Origin: Chiloscyllium plagiosum
Lineage: Eukaryota
NCBI RefSeq assembly: GCF_004010195.1
Contig: NC_057731.1
Span: 29,369,374-29,433,373 of the forward strand
Length of the DNA: 64,000 bases
Direction of reading: 5' to 3'
The position numbers and the translations under genes were made by a program. Numbering within the stretch: position 1 is the first letter of the stretch; every line of letters starts with the position of its first letter. The notes under the pieces were generated by a model that worked only from the letters and a program-made list of their open reading frames with translations, was not told where the DNA came from and made no database searches. Positions 40,111 through 53,397 of this stretch are shown piece after piece.

Positions 40111-43100
40111 CAGGGAGAGAATTCAGAGTTTTATTAATACAGGAATTAAGCACAATAGTAAGGAAATATTACTAAACATTTATAAAACACTGATGAGGCT
40201 TCCACTTGTGTTTTATGTTTGATCCTGGGCACTGCACTTTAGAAAAGATGTAAAGGCCGGGGGAAGCTCAGAGGAAGGCAGAATATTTTTGCTTGTTCAA
40301 TGATGTTAAAATTTATTGCTTCAATCTGCTAAATTTGAAAAGTTGGTTCTTCTAAAAGAGGTTGTTTTGCACTGCCCACCTAAGTACTTTATTAAAAGCT
40401 GTGGCTTCTAAGCATGATATTCATCAGCAGATTGATTCCTGTCATGAGACATATCTCATTCCACAAGAGATGAATTCCTTACCGCAGTCAATAACATATT
40501 GCTGGACTATTGGTCTCACCTCACTGACACCAATAAATTCTAGAAGCTGCTTCTTAGTCTTATTAATTACTTGGCTGATCTTTACAGAGCAGGTGAAGGA
40601 TTGTGCTCATCTTATGTTAGGAGGTGAAAGCAATTGATAATATCACTGGCAACTTGGTTGCTCATAACTGCCTGTCATCGGCAGTCATTTAGTTATCTTC
40701 CATTACATGCTCACTTGCTATCTTGAAAGGAGTCTTAGTTTAGAATTCAGAGTGATATGTGCAGCAATTTCCTGTGTCACAGGACTTTATTTTGATGATT
40801 TTCAGAGCAATGAACAGCTCACTGATCTAGTCCAACTATTATAAATGGGAAGCACATTATCCAGATTAATAGCCACTATGATGTATTCTCACTAAGCTCT
40901 CATGTCCCAGACAAGCAATCCATTTTTAATTCATAATAGGAGAGTCAGAAATTTGTCCAAATAACATAGCTAGAGATGTTGCAATGGGGACAAATTTAAC
41001 CCCCAAAGTTTTGTTGGGTTATTCTCAGAATCACTGGTTAGGAGAGTAGAGGCAAAACATCCTTTAATCCTTTTGAAAATGAGGGATGTGGTGTGTGTGT
41101 GTGTGTGTAATTTTTTTTCTCAGCATTAGCAGATAATACATTCACTCTTTCTTTAACTCAAAAAACTTGTGATTCACTCCTCATTCTTTAAAGTAAACTT
41201 TGTTAACCAATTTTTCACTGGAAAGAAGTGTAGCCTTGTGCTACGAAGAGTTTAAACTTCATTGTGACCAATCAAGGAAGCTTAAAAGTGGTGAGTTGAT
41301 TCCTCCCTTCTCACCTGGTTATAACAAAATAATAAATTATGTCAGTGATGATGGAGGTGTTGAATGAAAAACAATCTTAAAGAAACTTACACTTAAATGA
41401 TGTAAAAGTTGTAACTTCTGTCAAAATTCTGCCATTGTAATAACCAAGTTTCCATACTCTGTACTTCACTTAATATTTTTCTTGTACTATCTCGTAGATG
41501 AGAGCCTGTCTTTCTAAAGTACTGGAAAAGGATTTAGAAAGTGGGAATGTTATATATATTTTTAATTAGAGAGAGCCCATAGCTCAAGACCTATCCCTAT
41601 AATGCAGCAAATGCCTACCTATCCCTATTTGCTGCATTATTGCTCACAGGTCCATTTTGAATGGAATGAACTCAGTTAAGAATGAACCTCAGTATGCATT
41701 TGTTTCTCATGACAATATAAATGATGCAATGTTATGACTGTGACAAGTTTAGAGGACCAGCGAGACCTTGGTGTGCATCTCCATAGGTCCTTGAAGGCAG
41801 CATGATAGATAGATAAGGTGGTTAAGAAGGTCGATGAGATACCTGCCTTTATTTTGTCAAGGCATTGAATTTCATACATGAAAGATATGATGGATAGAAG
41901 CAAAATACCTCAAATGCTGGAAATCTGAAACACAGAATGCTGCAGAAACTCAGCAGGTCTAGCAACATTGGTAGAGACAGAAACAAAATGAACATTTTTA
42001 GTCCGGTATGACTCTTCTCCAGAACTTCAAAGTTGATCAAGATATTGCCTGGGCTCGATCAAGTCAGCTTTGAAGAGATACCAGATAGGCTGCGGCTGTT
42101 TTCTTTAGAGCAGAGAAGATGAAAGTGGGATCTGATTGAGCTGGTTAGAGTTCTGAGAGACATAGATACAGTAAACAGAGAGAAACTTTCCCCATTAGTA
42201 CTGGGGTCAGTAACCATCGGGCACAGCTTTAAGTTCAGGAGCAGGAGGGTTAAAGGGGATTTGATTACAGTGGAGGTGTGCAGCAATATAATTTGGTGCT
42301 CCCATCTCATGAACTAGATTATAACACATAGATAAGCATATCCCACACCACTGCCTTCCCTGGAGCACTGCTGAAGGTGTCTGCCCTAAAAGGGGGTGGG
42401 AATTCTATTTTGATGAAAGCTTGAATTGCCAGAGTATAACACTATGGTCCAAGTGCTGGAAATGGGATTAGAATAGATAGGTGTCTACTGACTGGCACAG
42501 AAAAGGTGGATTGAAGGGTGATTTATCTGCCAGTAAAAACTCTGTGACTTTCTGTGACTATTATATATTTCTGTAACTTGCTTTGTGAAAAGCCTCATTT
42601 CATGGCACTGCATCTGTCTTTACAAGTCATGGACAAGGATTAGGTTTCAGCTTTCGTAGAAAACGGACTACAAAATGAATGAGATCATTGAAAAGACTGA
42701 CAAAGGCCCTGGGATTCTTTACTGGGATTTGAGTGTTGCTGGGACGGCCTGTATTTGTTGCCCACACGTCATTACCCTTGAATTGACTGCCTTGCTTGGA
42801 CACTTCAGAGAGCAGTTAAGAGTTAATCCTAATGTAGGGTCTGAAATCACAGAACAGCTAAGGACAAAAGATTTCTTTCCCAAAAAGATATGTGTGAACC
42901 AGATGGGTCTTAATGACAATCAATAATGGTCTATTAGTCATCTGAGACGAGCTTTCAGTTCCAGAATTGTTTTTGCTAGTAACTAAATGTAAATGCTATC
43001 AATGTAATCATTATAAAGCTGCGCCATTGATCAGAGGTCAATAAGCAGTTCATTTTCCTGTGTTACAAGTTATTTTTGCACACTATTAACAAATATATAT

Positions 43101-45577
43101 TTCAAAGATAAATGCATATAACAGGTGCCAGATCAATTCCAGGACTAAGCTTGGGTGCTAAAAGTCTGAATACATCAAATGGAAATAAAAACTGAAGTAA
43201 GGAGTCCTACTGTTGGGAGAAACTGGAACAATTAAGTGAAATTGTCATACTGTGAAATTAGTCTTGTGTTTGAACAGGTACAAATGTAAGACTGGAAGAG
43301 CTTGTAAGTTTGGGTGTTTGGAGGTTGCAGTGAAAAGTGAGAAGTCATGGATGAGAAACGAGTAGATTTTCATTGCCTCGAGTGCAATTTGGAGGATGAT
43401 TGCACACATTTCATTGAAGCCACTAGATATTCTGTCTACTTTTAAAAATTCTGTGAAGGAAGAGTAATCACTCAGTAATGAGAATTGGTGTTCAAAGATG
43501 TCAAGAAAACCCATTGGTAATTTAATCTGAAAAACAAGCTGAAATATGTCTGCAGCTGGTTGAAGGCAGAAGAGCACTGCCCGAGGTAAATGTATGGAAC
43601 TGGAAGATTCAGGAGTGATAAATTGTTCCTTAGTACAGTGGGTGATTTCCATACAGCTGTCACTTTGGTAGTTACTTGACCATCGGTATCCATATAAAGC
43701 TTGAGAGTTTGAATATCTTGAGTCAGAAGTTTCTAATGGAGATCTCACTTCACCTTCTGCAACCTCTGCACTTTTCCTCCAGAATATGATGAGGGTAATA
43801 CTTTACCCCTCATTTTCTACTGTTGCTGATAATATAAGGAAAACCTGTTTAAATGTAAGTACTTGTAGTGGATAGATGAAGGAAAAACAAACACAAAGCA
43901 AAGCATGCACAGAAGGCCGTGTAATAAATGAAAATAATTGTGTGAAACCCCCTCAGCCAGGTGTAACCTCTGAGGCTAAATAATGCAGTCTGTACCCGGG
44001 GGGAATGAGTAAATTTGATTCTCATATGTTGCAGCAAAGGTCACTTCCTGACCTCAGTTGCCTGAATAATCTAGATCCTAGTACTTCATGTGTCCTTAAA
44101 AGGTTTAACTGCAGTAATTACACTGAAGAAAAATTGCCCCTTCAATATATTAAAGAATTCATAAATTTAAGTTTTCCATAATAGAATTTGGCTTGTGATT
44201 GCTAAGAATTATTTTTCAATGCTGTCTCTCCTGCAGTCACTTAAGATGCTGCCAGATTATTAATATTATTCTTTAAACACATTTCACTTCATCAGAAAAG
44301 CACTTCACCTGAATTAGAAGGAAGAAGCAACTCAGTCGGGTCACATACCTTTATTTAAAATGCTTTTTACACCAGTTTAGAACCTCTACTTCAGCAATAT
44401 CTAAAGTTTCTTTTTCACTTTTCAGAACATGCTTTAAGATGTTAAATTTTAAGGTGCTGTTACAATAAAATAGTCTTACGTTGCACTTACAGAGGACGTT
44501 TAATGTAAAAAGAAACAACACAATGTGCACCAGGAAAACATAACAGACAAATGTGACACTGGGCCAAGAAGATATCAGAAAGAGTAACTAAAAGCTGTAT
44601 GCTTCAAAAGGGATTTAAAGAAATAGCAGGTTGGAAAGGCAGAGAAGGTTTAAGGGAGATAATTTTGGAGCTCAAAATTTAAATGACTGAAAACACTGCC
44701 AAAAATAGTTGAGTGAAGGGAGAGAGCGATGCAGAAGAAACTAGAGTTGTAGTAACCTGAAATGTTCAGAGGATTGCATGGTTGTGGGAAATTTCAAAGG
44801 TACAGAGATGTGAGGTCATTAAAAAAATAAATAGATGAGAGTTTTAAATAAGAGGAGCTGGGTAAACAGCAACCAATATAATGTCGGCAAGCATGAGGTG
44901 GGGATTTCATGAGGTCTAGGATATAAGCAACAAGGTTTTGGATGAGCTAATGTTTATGGGTGCTGAGCAACCATTAGATTTGACCATTGGAATTGTGAAG
45001 GTCACAAAGAGTTGGATATAATTCAACAGGTTTGTGCACAACCTCCCAGTGACAGTCCCATTTGGTGGGACAATGGAGATTAAATATGGGTTAGCAGTGA
45101 TTTGGTCAACTGAGCCAAAGGCTCCATAAAGATCAAGACAAATAAGGAAGATAGGAAGTATTAATATTCATTGTCACAGTCAAGGGGATGCAATTTCTGA
45201 CGTTGATGAGTGCAGTTTCAATTCCGTGGCAGATACATAAGCTTGATTGGAGAGATTCTCACTGTTAGAGGAAAGGTGATGGATTTGGGAGGTAATGGCA
45301 TGCTCAAGGAGTTTGGAAGTGATGGGGAGGTTGGAGGTGGACTGACAGTTTACAAGTACAAGAGGATTGTGGGTGGTATTTTGAAGGGGTTGATATTGGA
45401 AAGCGAGAGTATCAATTTGTTGGAAATTTTATGTCATGAAATAAAGAAACTCTTTGCAACTCAGGATGATCCTGGAGTAGTCAATGATTTTGGGAGGAAA
45501 TAACCTATGATAGGTTTGAACTGGATCCAGCAATGAAGTAAATAGCTAAACCAATTGTGCATTGGTTATTCTTAATT

Positions 45578-45727
45578 TGATTAGATTAGATTAGATTCTC
45601 TACAGTATGGAAACAGGCCCTTCGGCCCAACAAGTCCACACCGACTCTCCGAAGAGTAGCCCACCCAGACCCATTTTCCTCTGACTAATGCACTTAACAC
45701 TATGGGCAATTTAGCATGGCCAATTTG
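45578..45727 (-). mobile_element. HE1 SINE 3' fragment
   Basis: (TTAGA)n tail and LINE-derived 3' region. Confidence 0.8.
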
Positions 45728-45889
45728 GTGTCCCTTGGTTTTTGAGGAAGCACATAATGGGGCTCAACCAGGAAAATAACCAAAGGTATAAATATGGATT
45801 TATTGTGCATAAGGCAATGAAATGCAGACATGAGGGATTGACTGAAGTGATTGACAGTTGAAGAAGTATTGTGAACACAGACAGCTAAA

Positions 45890-46825
45890 GACATAAGAAC
45901 AATAGAACTAGGAACAGGAGTAAGTAATTCACCCCAAGTCTGCTCTGCTCTTTAATAATGATTATGCTGATTTTAACTCGACCTCAATCACTTTGTGGCC
46001 CATTCTCCATAACCCTTGATCCAATTACTAATTAAAAACCTATCGGTCTCCTTCTTAAATTTACTCAATATCCCAGCATCCACCACGCTCTGAGATAGTG
46101 ATTGTTGATGCTTTGAGAGAAGTAATTCCTCATCATCTCTGTTTTAAATCTGCTACTCTTTATCCTGATGACTTAGAAAGATAATCTCTGGACTATTAAT
46201 CCACAATGCACTGGGCACTGGGGTTAAAATTCTGCCATGGAACTTGAATTCATTACAAAATATGAAATTTAATAATGACAATGAAACTGTTGTCAATTTT
46301 TGGAAAAAAACCCATCTGGTTCATTAATGTCCTTTGCAGGGGAAATAGCCATCTTACATGGTCTGGTCTATATGTGACAACAGACGCACAGAAACATGGC
46401 TGACTCTTAACTGCCCTCTAGACAAATAGGGTGGGCAACAATGCCGACATATGGTGAATGAATAAAAGAAACAATGATCTTTCATTCTAGATTGCTCTAC
46501 ATGAGGATACATCTTCTCTACATCCATTTTGTCTATCCCCTATAGTATATTATATGCCTCAATCGAATCTGCTCTCATTCTTCTCCCCTCCAGAGACTAT
46601 AGGCATAAACTGCTCAGTCTCTCTTTATAATACAAGCCCTTCATCTCTGGAATCAATCTAATAAGCCTCCTTTCAACTGCCTCCAATGTAGCTACATCCC
46701 TCCATACACAAGCGAGCGTATGAAAATTGTATGCAACACTCAAGGTCTCACCAATGCCTTGTGCAGTCGCAATAACATTGCCTGAGTTTTATACACTATT
46801 CCTTGAGCAATAAATGCCAAAAATT
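45890..46825 (-). mobile_element. Decayed CR1 LINE 3' region with a nested repeat at ~46170-46460
   Basis: Minus peptide LAFIAQGIVYKTQAMLLRLHKALVRP is typical of the CR1 ORF2 C-terminus. Confidence 0.7.
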
Positions 46826-47554
46826 TGAAATAAAGAGACTTGGAGAGTTTGTGGAGTTGGGGATGAGGGGGTGCGGTTTGGAAGGGGACAGGATGATATA
46901 AATGGTGAAAATGAGGAAAAGATGAGGTGGCCTTATCTCTGATCAAGCTGTTGGGAGTAGCAGGACCAAGAAATGTGGCAATGTTACTGAAGCAACAAGG
47001 TAAGAAAAAGCAGTGAAATCAAAACAGAGAGAATGAAGGCAAAGTATATTAGAGCAATTCCCGCTGCAGTTAGAGAAAAGAGGTGAGGATTTCTTGATTA
47101 TAAAGAAAAATTGGGACAGGAATTTGCAATGCAGTGGAGAATAAAGATTTTTAAAGCAGTTGAGATGGATGGGAACAATTGGAGATAGGATGGATGGTTG
47201 AGAAGTAACAGAAGGTAGTGTAGTAAGCAAGGAGAGATTTGTTGATTTGAGCCACTGTATCATTTTGGTAGTTTGAGCTGGGTAGCTGGTGGAAAGTATA
47301 GCTGCGATTGGGTGTTGAGTAGAAGACAGTAGGATTGGGCCTGATCCAGGCAACTGGAATGTATTGTAGGCAGCAGTCCAGGGTTTCTTTTTAATCAGAG
47401 CCTGGATGTCAATTATGTAACAGCTTGCAAGGACTTTGTTTGAGTTTGACCCAACTTTATCGACAGAAATGCAATATTAGGTGGTGGCTGCTAACATGCT
47501 GGAAAGATCCAAAATGGCTTGGTAATCTCGGGTGAGCAGCGCAAGAATATAATT

Positions 47555-47709
47555 GTGATGTGAAGGTGCTGGTGTTGGACTGGGGTGGACAGAGTTAAAG
47601 ATCACACAACACCAGGTTATAGCCCAACAGGTTTATTTGGAAGTACAAGCTTTCGGAGCGCTGCTCCTTGATGAAGGAGCATAACCTTGGTGTTGTGTGA
47701 TTTTTAACT
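47555..47709. mobile_element. Fold-back Penelope-terminus mini-insertion
   Basis: Minus-strand terminus followed by a + strand copy starting at the hammerhead core. TSD AAG(A/C)ATATAATT at 47543-54 and 47710-21. Confidence 0.75.
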
Positions 47710-48659
47710 AAGCATATAATTTACATTATTCCCAATTGGACATATTGAGTGAGAGAGACAGAAGATGGAATGCTGCTTATAATGAGGCATTGACAACTGC
47801 TTCAATTGAACCCTTTAAAGAATGACATAAATGGCACAGTTGGAAGCTGTGACCTTTTCCTAGAGGGATTAGAAACCTAGCTTGGAGGCAGGAGACCATG
47901 ACAGCATACCATGATAGCAGCCAAAAGTATCAGATTGGAGGAAGGAAATGGGAACAAATTCCCAGTAAATGGAGAAATGAAAGGTGAGACCCCTGGGTGT
48001 TAAGAAAGGAAATAAATTGTAGAGAAAGGCCCAAGACATTGAAGGAGACGATAAGGAACAGGGATAAGAAATAATGGATTCAGGTTTAGAAAAGAAGTCA
48101 GAATGTACACTGAAATGGATGTAGTGGAATTTCAGGTTACACAAATGTACCAAAGGTTAAAATAGCTATGTCCCTGTTGTAATCAGAGGATAGTCCAACA
48201 TTAAAGTTGAAGCCCCAGTGATGTTATTAACTTAAATAGTACAAAGTGTGGGGTCAGGTTCAAGCAACAATGAGCCTTTGAGTAGGTTCAGAGACAGGTG
48301 TACAGGACCTAAGTCCAGGAGCAGTTTGTGGAAGACATTTTGCAATTTAATCATTGACTCCAGTTACTGCCTGAAGCTGATCCAGACCATTTGCAATCTC
48401 AGTGTCCTATTGGACACTGATCTGAGTTTCTGGTGTCATTTCCTCTCTATCACCAAGTAAGTTGAGTTCTATCACTGTGACATCACAGACATGTCACACC
48501 TCAGCTCAACCGCTGTTAAGATTCTCATTCATAACTTGTTACCTTTAGATTTAACTATTATAATCCTCTCTTGGTCAGCTTCATACATTGCACCCTTAAC
48601 AAAATAAGTCCTGAAATTCACACTAACTCCTACATATCCATCATTCTGTTGCTCATGGG

Positions 48660-49512
48660 CCCACCTACAAACAGACCCCATCACCAGAGATATATTTCCC
48701 TCCCCACCCCTATCTGCATTCCATAAAGACCATTCCCTCTGTGACTCTCTTGTCAAGTCCACGCTCCCCACCAACCCACACCCAGCACCTTCACCTGCCA
48801 CTGCTAGAATTGCAAAACCTGCACCCATACCTTCCCCTTCACCTCCATCTAAGGCCCCAAAGGAGCCTTCTACATTCTTCATAGATTTACCTGCACTTCC
48901 ATATGTCATTTATTGTATCTGTTGCTCCTGATATGTTATCCTCTACAAAGGGGAGACAGGACGCCTACTTGCAGAATGCTTCAGAGCACATCTCTGGGAC
49001 ACACGCATGAAGCAACTTCACCGCCCCATGGCTGAACACTTTAACTCCCCGTCCCACTCCGCCAAGGACATGCAGATGCTGGGCCTCCTCCATTGACAAA
49101 CCCTAACCACCAAATGCCTGGAGAAGGAACACCTCATTTTCTGCCTTGGCATCCTCCAATCACACAGGATTAATGTGGACTTCACCAGTTTCCTCATTTC
49201 CCCTCTCCCCATCTTATCCAACTTTCCAACTCGGCATCACCCTCTTGACCTGTCTTACCTGTCCATCTTCTTTCCTACCTATCTGCTCCACCCTCCTCTC
49301 TGATCTATCACCATTATCTCCACCTTCATCTACCTATGGCACTTTCAGCTAACTTCCCCCTAGCCCCACCCCCACCCCATTCCCATTTATCTCTCTAACC
49401 CCCTGGCTCACAAGCCTCATTCCTGATAAAGGGCTTATGTCCAAAACGTCGATTCTCCTGCTCCTCGTATCCTGCCTGACCTGCTGTGCTTTTCCAGCAC
49501 CACACTCTTGAC
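48660..49512 (+). mobile_element. Penelope-like element 3' part (GIY-YIG endonuclease relic plus terminus) inserted in an L2-like remnant
   Basis: Decayed VIYCICCS..LYKGETGRLLAECFRAHLWD..HFNSPSH..EKEHLIFCLGILQSHRINVDF. Ends with decayed hammerhead ctgataaagggcttatgtccaaaacgtc. Confidence 0.85.
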
Positions 49513-51447
49513 CCATGGATCTACATTGGCTATTAACCCAGCAATGCCTCAATTTAAAAGTTCTCATCTTTTGCTTCAAACCCTTCCAGGGCTTTCCCAT
49601 TCCCTACCTTTTCTCTTAAAATAAGATGGCTGAGTAGTTATCTAATATAATTCTTTAAAGTTATGAAAGGTTTGGACAGAATGAATGATGAGAGAATGTT
49701 TCTTCTTGTTTGAAAGAGTATAGCCAGAGCCAGTAATCGAAGATAGTTAAGCAAGAAATCCAATGGAGAATTCTTTACTCAAAGAGTGGAAAGAATGTGG
49801 AAGTCGCTATCACAGGAAGTAGTTGAAGTGAATAGTTTAAGTGTACTTAAAGGAAAACTGGACAAGTATTTAAGGAAAAATGAAATAGACGATTATGATA
49901 GTAAGAAATATAGGAAGAAGGTTCCATAAACACCAACATGGCCTGATTGGGCTGAATAGCCTTTCTTAAGCAGTATATGCTATATAAGCCATTGCAATTT
50001 CCTCTTGTTCCAAAACCTTCAGAGGTAACTGCACTTATCCAATCTGACCATTTATACTACAAATTTTAACTCTCCACCATTGACATTCATGGAGCTACTT
50101 GGCTATGGGACTGTGCTAAATGCAGTATCTCAATGCATGTTTTCGTTATTGCTGGAGAGGCAGAAAGAACATTCTTGTTTTATTATTCCATTTTAATTTA
50201 TTCCTACATGCTACTTATTTCAACACAGTTTCCTTCAGCACGAATGTTGCTGCATGTCTTAGATTTATACAACGTTTCCAATCGATTTCACAGGTCTGTA
50301 GCGAATCTTTTTATCCATTTTAAAATATTGCTTTTTTTTCTGGGGATTGGAGACTGTTCAACATTTAACTTGGTACCAACCAAATACTATTTTCATTCCC
50401 AAAAATAAAGTGAGATTACAGGGTGCAAAACTCTAGTTAACACTGCAGGTGCATTACTTATTAACCTCAAATAAAAGCTAATTTACAGTGGAGGGGCCAA
50501 TATACAATGCATGGAAGTGGCTCTTATGGTGCAGTGGTTGTGTTCCTAATCCTGAGTTAGAAGTCCCAGGTTCCATAACATGTCAGAACAGGTGAATTAA
50601 AAATATCTACAAGGAAAGGAATGTGACTTTCTGAGCCATCAGACCCTGAAAAGCATCTCATGTGATTCAAGTAGTTCTGTTATTTTGTTTTAAATGTATT
50701 GAAAGATATAAACACAGAATGATTTTCTTAAGTGTTACTTAAAAAAGTTATTTTGCTTTGAGGAATAAAGGCCATTTACTAATTATAGGGATTAATTTTA
50801 ACTTTGTACTACCTGTCCTTAACAGGAGATGGGAAAGGAATTATTCACTACAGAATGCCTAGCGTCTGACTAAATACATAGTATTTATATAATTGGTCCA
50901 GTTCAGTTTCTGGTCAATGGTAACCCCGAGGATGCTGGTAGTGGGGGATTCAGTGATGGCCATGCCACAGAATATCAAGAGGCAGTGGTTAGAATCTCTC
51001 TTGTTGGAAATAGTTCTTGGCCTGGTACATGTGCATTATGTATATGTTACTTCACACTTATCAGTCCCAGGTGCTGTGCATTTATCTCACTCATTCATAC
51101 AGAAGGATCCTATATTTCCCTCAATATATCATTCAATTTCATTAATAAACATTAATTTCACAATTTTACCGAACAATTGGACCTTATTAGGCAGGCAGTA
51201 TAAAAGTCAGTAATTGTAAGAAGTTACGGTAGGTGGATCACAGTAAAGGCATGGACAGGAAATGTTGAGGCTTACACCCTTGCCGCATTCTTTTGGTGCC
51301 CATTCTCAATGGCAAGGGTACTTTTGGGGCATAGCATCATCTTACCCGTAAACCTCAAAGGTGTTACTTTAAAAGTTGTGCACTCTGATTCTTCTTTTAC
51401 AATCTGTCTATGCTGTGGTTCTGTTCGCCGAGCTGGAAGTTTTTGTT

Positions 51448-51487
51448 GCAAACGTTTCGTCCCCTGTCTAGGTGACATCCTCAGTGC
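51448..51487 (-). ncRNA. Minimal type I hammerhead ribozyme motif (antisense twin)
   Basis: Exact reverse complement of 51798-51837. Confidence 0.7.
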
Positions 51488-51797
51488 TTGGGAGCCTCCT
51501 GGGAAGCGCTTCTGTGGTGTTTCCTCAGGCATTTATAGTGGCCTGTCCCTGCCACTTCCGGTTGTCAGTTTCAGCTGTCCACTGTAGTGGCCGGTATATT
51601 GGGTCCAGGTCGATGTGTTTGCCGATGGAGTTTGTGGATGATCCACTCAACAAACTCCATCAACAAACACATCGACCTGGACCCAATATACCGGCCACTA
51701 CAGCGGACAGCTGAAACTGACAACCGGAAGTGGCAGGGACAGGCCACTATAAATGCCGGAGGAAACACCACAGAAGCGCTTCACAGGAGGCTCCCAA

Positions 51798-51837
51798 GCA
51801 CTGAGGATGTCACCTAGACAGGGGACGAAACGTTTGC
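51798..51837 (+). ncRNA. Minimal type I hammerhead ribozyme motif
   Basis: GCA-CTGAGGA-tGTCaCC-tagaca-GGgGAC-GAAA-CGTT-TGC: stem I GCA/TGC, intact core, stem II, palindromic ACGT stem III, predicted GUU cleavage triplet. Confidence 0.72.
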
Positions 51838-53397
51838 AACAAAAACTTCCAGCTCGGCGAACAGAACCACAGCAATGAGCACCCGAGCTGCAAATCTTCT
51901 CACAAACTTTGAACAATCTGTCTATTTTAATCACAAAAAAGAAAAGTAAAAGCATTCATGTGTATCTGTGATTCAACCAGACCATCCATTTTAATAACTC
52001 ACTACCCTCCCTATTCCATTTAGTAGTACTTACCATCTGTTTTCTGTCTAAGGGGCACCAGTTCTCTTAAACTTCTTTCCACAATTTGCAGAAACACTCT
52101 TTCCATTAAAACAGAATGCTTTTTGTCTCTTTAACAAACTACAGGTTTTTTTTTCACCTTTAACTCCCATGTCGGGTCAAAAATGGATCTGGACCCATAT
52201 TACAGGAAGAGTGTGGGACTGACTCAGTCGAGCAATAGGTTTTGGGTATCAAGTCTTACCTGAGGAATGAGAGTGAGCTTCTGGCGTTAGCAAACATCAA
52301 ATGGGTACTGACAGAAAAATATGATTGGGAGGTTATGTGCAAGGTATATGATAAATCATGATATGAGTATCATAAAACTTGAGATATCTCTCCACTAACA
52401 GTATACTTTTACATTGCGGTTCGAAATGTGATATGTTGTTTCACTGAAAAGTAGAAACATTCATTCTATCAGAAAGTTAAGCCCATATTTTAAAGTTAAC
52501 AGAACAAGGATAATGTTAAGTGAAAAGTAGAGCAATTAATTGAACCTTCTCAATCTCATCAGTTAATAAGCTGACAGTAATCTTTACCCAGAGATTTGAC
52601 TCTGCTTGGAGCTCTTGTCACCATAAACAGATTAACTATATGTCAATTAAACCATATACAGAAATGTTTGGATGACTTACAGGAATATAGCAGTAGCTTT
52701 CACTTTGCAGCCGAAAATTAATACCAGATACATTGTGGGCTGATCTTGATTGCAACATATGTATAACATTTAACCCATCCTTATTGGAAACACTGTACTG
52801 AGAATGATTCTGAGATGGTATGTTATTTCTTTGTCATTGCATTCTGTCAAAAAGTCGAATCAGATGTTATTACAAGGCCCATGTTTGAACACCAGTTCTG
52901 AGTGGGATAAATTTCACTTAAAGTGGGTATAATGACATTGTCTAAAGATGTTTTTGCAATTTTTAGTATATATTGAATAGTCTCTTGAAGCAGGTTGGAG
53001 CAATGCAAAGACTCACCAAACTAATACGTTAAACACACTATTTCATAAACAGTAGTGCAATGTGTTTTAAAGGTTGCCAGAGATTTAATTGACAACTAAT
53101 TCTAATGATACATTAGGAGTTTTGTCATATCTGGTGGAATTATAATTCAAAATAGATGTTCTTTGTGTTGGATAGGATCATTGTAAGGAACAAGGCTCAT
53201 CATTGCCTTGAAATTATACTATGTGTTAGCAATGCATAAAATTTAACAAATTTTAAGTTCTTGGTTAAATAATATCACTTGAAAAAATTAAATGGATTTC
53301 ATGTTAATTTTTTAGATTGTTACAAATAATTCGAGTCTTTGTCACCATATTTTCGTCAGCAGATTGTGTTTTAATTTTTCCCCTTTCTAAACAGTGG

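Larger units (their letters stand above)
51412..51912. mobile_element. Palindromic Penelope-like insertion (about 225-bp inverted arms)
   Basis: 51411-51635 is the near-perfect reverse complement of 51650-51874. The + arm encodes STNSINKHIDLDPIYRPL, resembling the GIY-YIG C-terminal tail of Penelope ORFs. 13-bp TSD ACAATCTGTCTAT at 51399-411 and 51913-925. Confidence 0.9.

Noticed and set aside
51272-51955. Cluster of mirrored ORFs on both strands
   Set aside because: An artefact of the palindrome. Only the short Penelope C-terminal tail is meaningful.
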